Source: Acidobacteriaceae bacterium
Lineage (GTDB): Bacteria > Acidobacteriota > Terriglobia > Terriglobales > Acidobacteriaceae
Direction: 5' to 3'
Assembly: GCA_003135315.1 (NCBI GenBank)
Contig: PLBD01000467.1
Coordinates: 8,120 to 51,010 of the forward strand
Length of the DNA: 42,891 nucleotides
Position numbers and translations under genes: made by a program. Each line of letters begins with the position of its first letter. Within the stretch, counting starts at the first letter, position 1. Below are positions 41,955 to 42,891 of the stretch, one piece after another. Under the pieces are notes generated by a model. That model was given only the letters and a program-made list of their open reading frames with translations, searched no databases and was not told where the DNA came from.

Positions 41955-42891
41955 ATGGCGCCGCGGGCACTGAAGCTCGGCACGCGCCGCTCCGCTCTGG
42001 CACGTGCGCAAAGCGCCGCGGTCGCGCGCCAACTGGAACAACTGCATCCTGGCCTGCACATCGAGCTGGTGGGCATCGAGACCCGTGGCGATCGCATCCT
42101 CGACATCCCGTTGTCGGCGGTCGAAGGCAAGGAATTCTTCACCGATGAGCTCGATGCCGCACTCACCGGCGGCAAGGTCGACTTCACGGTGCATTCATAC
42201 AAGGACCTGAGCCTTGTGCGCTCGGCGCAACTGCTGCTGGCCGCGGTGCCGCAGCGCGAGCCGCCGCATGACATTGCGCTGTTCACCCACGACGTGTCCG
42301 AGCGGCTCGCCGGCGGCCACGAGCTGATCATCGGCAGCTCCTCGCCGCGCCGCGCCGCCTTCGTCCCAGACTTCCTGCAGCGCGTGTTGCCGCGGCGCGC
42401 CGACGACCGGCGCGAGCTGGCACGGGTGCGGCTGCTGGACCTGCGCGGCAACGTCGACTCACGGCTGCGCCGGCTGCGCGAGCCGCGCGGCTCGACCCGC
42501 CACCTGGACGGCATTGTGTTGGCATTCGCAGGCCTCGCGCGCCTGTGGGCCGATGACGCCGGCCAGCGGCTGCTGCGCGAACTGCTGCCGCCCATGCCAC
42601 GCATGCTGCTGCCGCTGTCCGAGTGCCCGGCGGCACCGGCGCAGGGGGCGCTGGCGATCGAGTGCCGGGCCGACGATGACTCGACCGCCGCGCTGCTGCG
42701 CGCGCTCGATCACGCGCCGACACGGCGTGCGGTCGACGCCGAGCGGGCGCTGCTGGCGCTGCGCGGCGGCGGCTGTCATCAGCGCTTCGGCGCGACGCAG
42801 ATCGAGCTGCCCGGCATCGGCACGCTGCTGTACCAGCGTGCCGCAACCGAAAATGGTGCCGACCTGCAGATCGACGCCGCGCAACTGCAGT
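41955..42891 (+). CDS. hemC: Hydroxymethylbilane synthase (porphobilinogen deaminase); 3' end beyond the window
   Basis: Not in the track (no stop in the window). My translation from ATG 41955 reads MAPRALKLGTRRSALARAQSAAVARQLEQLHPGLHIELVGIETRGDRILD...GKEFFTDELDAALTGGKVDFTVHSYKDL...GSSSPRR...LRGNVDSRLRRL...APAQGALAIECR...ERALLALRGGGCHQ. Confidence 0.85.
   Translation, partial: MAPRALKLGTRRSALARAQSAAVARQLEQLHPGLHIELVGIETRGDRILDIPLSAVEGKEFFTDELDAALTGGKVDFTVHSYKDLSLVRSAQLLLAAVPQREPPHDIALFTHDVSERLAGGHELIIGSSSPRRAAFVPDFLQRVLPRRADDRRELARVRLLDLRGNVDSRLRRLREPRGSTRHLDGIVLAFAGLARLWADDAGQRLLRELLPPMPRMLLPLSECPAAPAQGALAIECRADDDSTAALLRALDHAPTRRAVDAERALLALRGGGCHQRFGATQIELPGIGTLLYQRAATENGADLQIDAAQLQ

Noticed and set aside
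41272-42846. Several long minus-strand ORFs (41272..42003, 41352..42194, 41726..42604, 42328..42846) over hemA-like/hemC
   Set aside because: They are Arg/Ala/Pro-rich antisense frames of very GC-rich coding DNA. The plus strand encodes recognisable HemA-like and HemC proteins.
1-42891. CRISPR arrays, rRNA genes, intact IS elements
   Set aside because: I saw no regularly spaced short direct repeats, no rRNA-like conserved stretches and no transposase-like ORFs. The only mobile-element proteins are the AlpA-like regulators and the integrase remnant.

Overview
GC-rich bacterial chromosomal segment. It is accessory and mosaic until the last ~3 kb, which carries a GST, a hemA-like gene and hemC. 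All calls rest on reading the supplied translations, my own translation of two edge-truncated ORFs, and remembered family motifs; no searches were run. The ORF track prints GTG/TTG starts as M and omits ORFs that run off the window.
(1) 1-10.1 kb is a defence island that ends at a 45-nt tRNA-Thr(CGT) 3' fragment, probably an att remnant. It holds a tightly coupled operon: HTH, then a DUF499/BrxC-like ATPase, then a minimal stand-alone PglZ (331 aa), then a DUF1156 Zn-ribbon methyltransferase that runs off the left edge. A 1210-aa protein is transcribed divergently from it: an unknown Cys-rich N-terminal half, a RecD-like SF1 helicase, and a C-terminal PD-(D/E)xK-like module.
(2) 9.5-17.8 kb is bracketed by ~258-bp direct repeats that carry AlpA-like genes. 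Inside are a CDP-alcohol phosphatidyltransferase plus a membrane sulfatase-like pair, a possible pterin-glycoside set (MDR dehydrogenase, PTPS, GT1, RibD_C reductase), higB(frameshifted)/higA, and a UDG-family gene.
(3) 17.8-25.1 kb is a decayed mobile region. It contains a second repeat family upstream of three transcription units, an MFS transporter, a 5'-truncated and frameshifted tyrosine integrase, small membrane and DUF proteins, a lipoprotein, a fatty-acid-hydroxylase-family protein and a YdcZ-like transporter.
(4) 25.1-39.9 kb is an unusual multi-operon biosynthetic-looking cluster. It encodes an alkaline-phosphatase-like protein, three paralogous SGNH-like domains, two GT2 genes (one with an in-frame TGA), and 2-oxoacid dehydrogenase E1 alpha/beta plus a free-standing lipoyl carrier with no E2 core or E3. 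It also encodes two lysine-less lipoyl-like domains, a transglutaminase-like protein, and a P450 - fatty acyl-AMP ligase - ACP-thioesterase operon.
The two best candidates for undescribed biology are the BREX-like module with its helicase-nuclease partner, and the lipoyl/E1-FAAL cluster. Several genes show frame disruptions, which are either real decay or assembly errors.
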